The position numbers and the translations under genes are program-made. A stretch of 64,000 nt of DNA, from NCBI RefSeq assembly GCF_011745625.1, contig NW_027191486.1:1-64000 (forward strand), in the 5' to 3' direction. Origin of the DNA: Cladosporium halotolerans (lineage: Eukaryota). The notes beneath the pieces are model-generated. The model was not told the DNA's origin. It saw only the letters and a program-made list of their open reading frames with translations, and did not search any database. Shown here one piece after another: positions 62,701 through 64,000 of this stretch; the stretch's first letter is position 1, and the number at the start of each line of letters is the position of its first letter.

Positions 62701-64000
62701 CGCAGGGTGTTCATGTTGCTAACGATGTTGCTCAGATTGTTCGCATTATCATCAATTTGTTCGTCAACTCTCTCATCCCGACAAGCTTTACAAGCATTTC
62801 AAGAGATCTGGACCTCCCACCCATACCCCTGCAATCACCTGCCCAAGTAATCGAGCGCAACGACAAAGCCGGAGACGTCGGCCTCTTCAGCGCATTTACC
62901 AGCTATGTTAGCAGCGTGATGAACGACGAGCCTCCTGAGCCGAACGACCAAGAAATCGAGTCCACACTCTTGACGGTAGACTGCATCACAGACTGCCGGT
63001 TCGAAGAGATCTTGGGCAACGTCAGCGAACTCCCGGTAGACTCGCTGAAGTCTCTCACGCTGGCGTTGCTTGGGTCTCTGCCGGAGAATGAATCTCCGAG
63101 AGTCATTACGGTCAAGCCAGAAGTGCCATCCCCGCAACCCGTCCGAGGCTCTGCCGCCAAGGCCGCTGCTGATGCGCCCGTCTACGACCCATCTCTCGTC
63201 TACGTTCTGGAGCTGGCGACGATTCTGGCGTTGCGCGACGAGGAAACCATCGCAACCCTTGGCGCTGACGCGGCGGAGGCTTTACAGGTAGCTATCCGCG
63301 ACGCGGAACATCTGCACCCCGTGGCTCTTAGCCGCGCGGTCTTCTACCTGCTGAGCCTGCTGCGCGCAAGCAACGACCACGGCTACATTCGCGTCCCTGT
63401 CGTTCTGCACGCCATCTCCTCCTTCCGCCCCGAGCTGCTGAAGCAGTGCGCTCAGCCCATCCTCAAGGGCATTCACGGCTGTATCAGCGGCCCTCCGGAG
63501 CTGAGGAACGAGCTGGCCTCCAGCCCGGACTTTTGGGCTGTGCTCCATATCCTGCAGCCGCACCCCGAAGCGGCGGATCTGGCGTTCGACATTGCAGAGT
63601 CCGTCGCCACTGGCCAGCTGCCGGCGATTACTGCAGACAACTACGAGCCGGCGGTTTCTCTGCTCAACGCTTTCGCCACGGCTGGTAGCGCCGGCGCCAA
63701 GTTCGAGCAACAGCAGCGCGAGCAGCCCGTCCGCAGAGGCCAGCAGCCGCCGCCGGAGAAGAAACTCACCAAGAAGCCTGACGCGGTGCCACGTGCGACC
63801 AAGGCCATCGGCATAGTGACGCAGCTCGCAGGCCGCGTGCCTGCGCTCATCGAGCAGTCCCACCTCGAGACCCACGAGGCCTGGAAGGCATACTGGTCGC
63901 CGATATTCCGCTGTCTTGCCACGCAGTGCGTCAACCCGTGCCGCGAGGTCCGCTACCATGCCTTCACCTCCCTCCAGCGCTGCCTGCAGGCCCCCGACCT
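59785..64000 (+). CDS. GEA2: Large Sec7-domain ARF-GEF (Gea/GBF1 family), incomplete at the 3' end; intron near 62677-62736
   Basis: HCRFEG, VNYDC (HUS box), FRLPGES..IERI, YAIIMLNTDQYN. Confidence 0.92.

Overview
Gene-dense eukaryotic DNA from a filamentous ascomycete (Pezizomycotina; a Dothideomycete affiliation is my impression only), with short GT-AG introns and CTRAC branch points. It holds about 26 protein genes, mostly housekeeping: ASI-type RING ligase, FIG4, FPY1-like, GMF/AIM7, RAS1, a TcuA/CobZ-like flavoprotein, PPH3, a PTH11-like receptor, an APC permease, an SNF2-PHD helicase, TOA2, TMEM42-like, a Pmp3/SNA protein, ARC1, IDI1, MCM6, CON-10-like, ALG2, SNG1-like, DUF202, DBP10, RFA2, ANP1, and a GEA/GBF1 gene running off the right edge. 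There is also one intron-containing tRNA-Gln(UUG). The top observation is the APC permease, which is intact across six exons except for two in-frame TAG codons in exon 2, both where the family normally has Trp. That pattern fits premature-stop correction by A-to-I mRNA editing or UAG readthrough, but recent pseudogenisation is not excluded. Other highlights: a tandem pair of uncharacterised basic proteins (the intact copy has an HExxH motif; the other is cut by a transposon-end-like CTGATT array), an ARC1 upstream in-frame ATG encoding a mitochondrial-presequence-like extension, a perfect 28-bp double CACGTG palindrome beside TTAGGG repeats, and a decayed DUF2306 gene. All family assignments come from motif recognition by eye; no searches were run.
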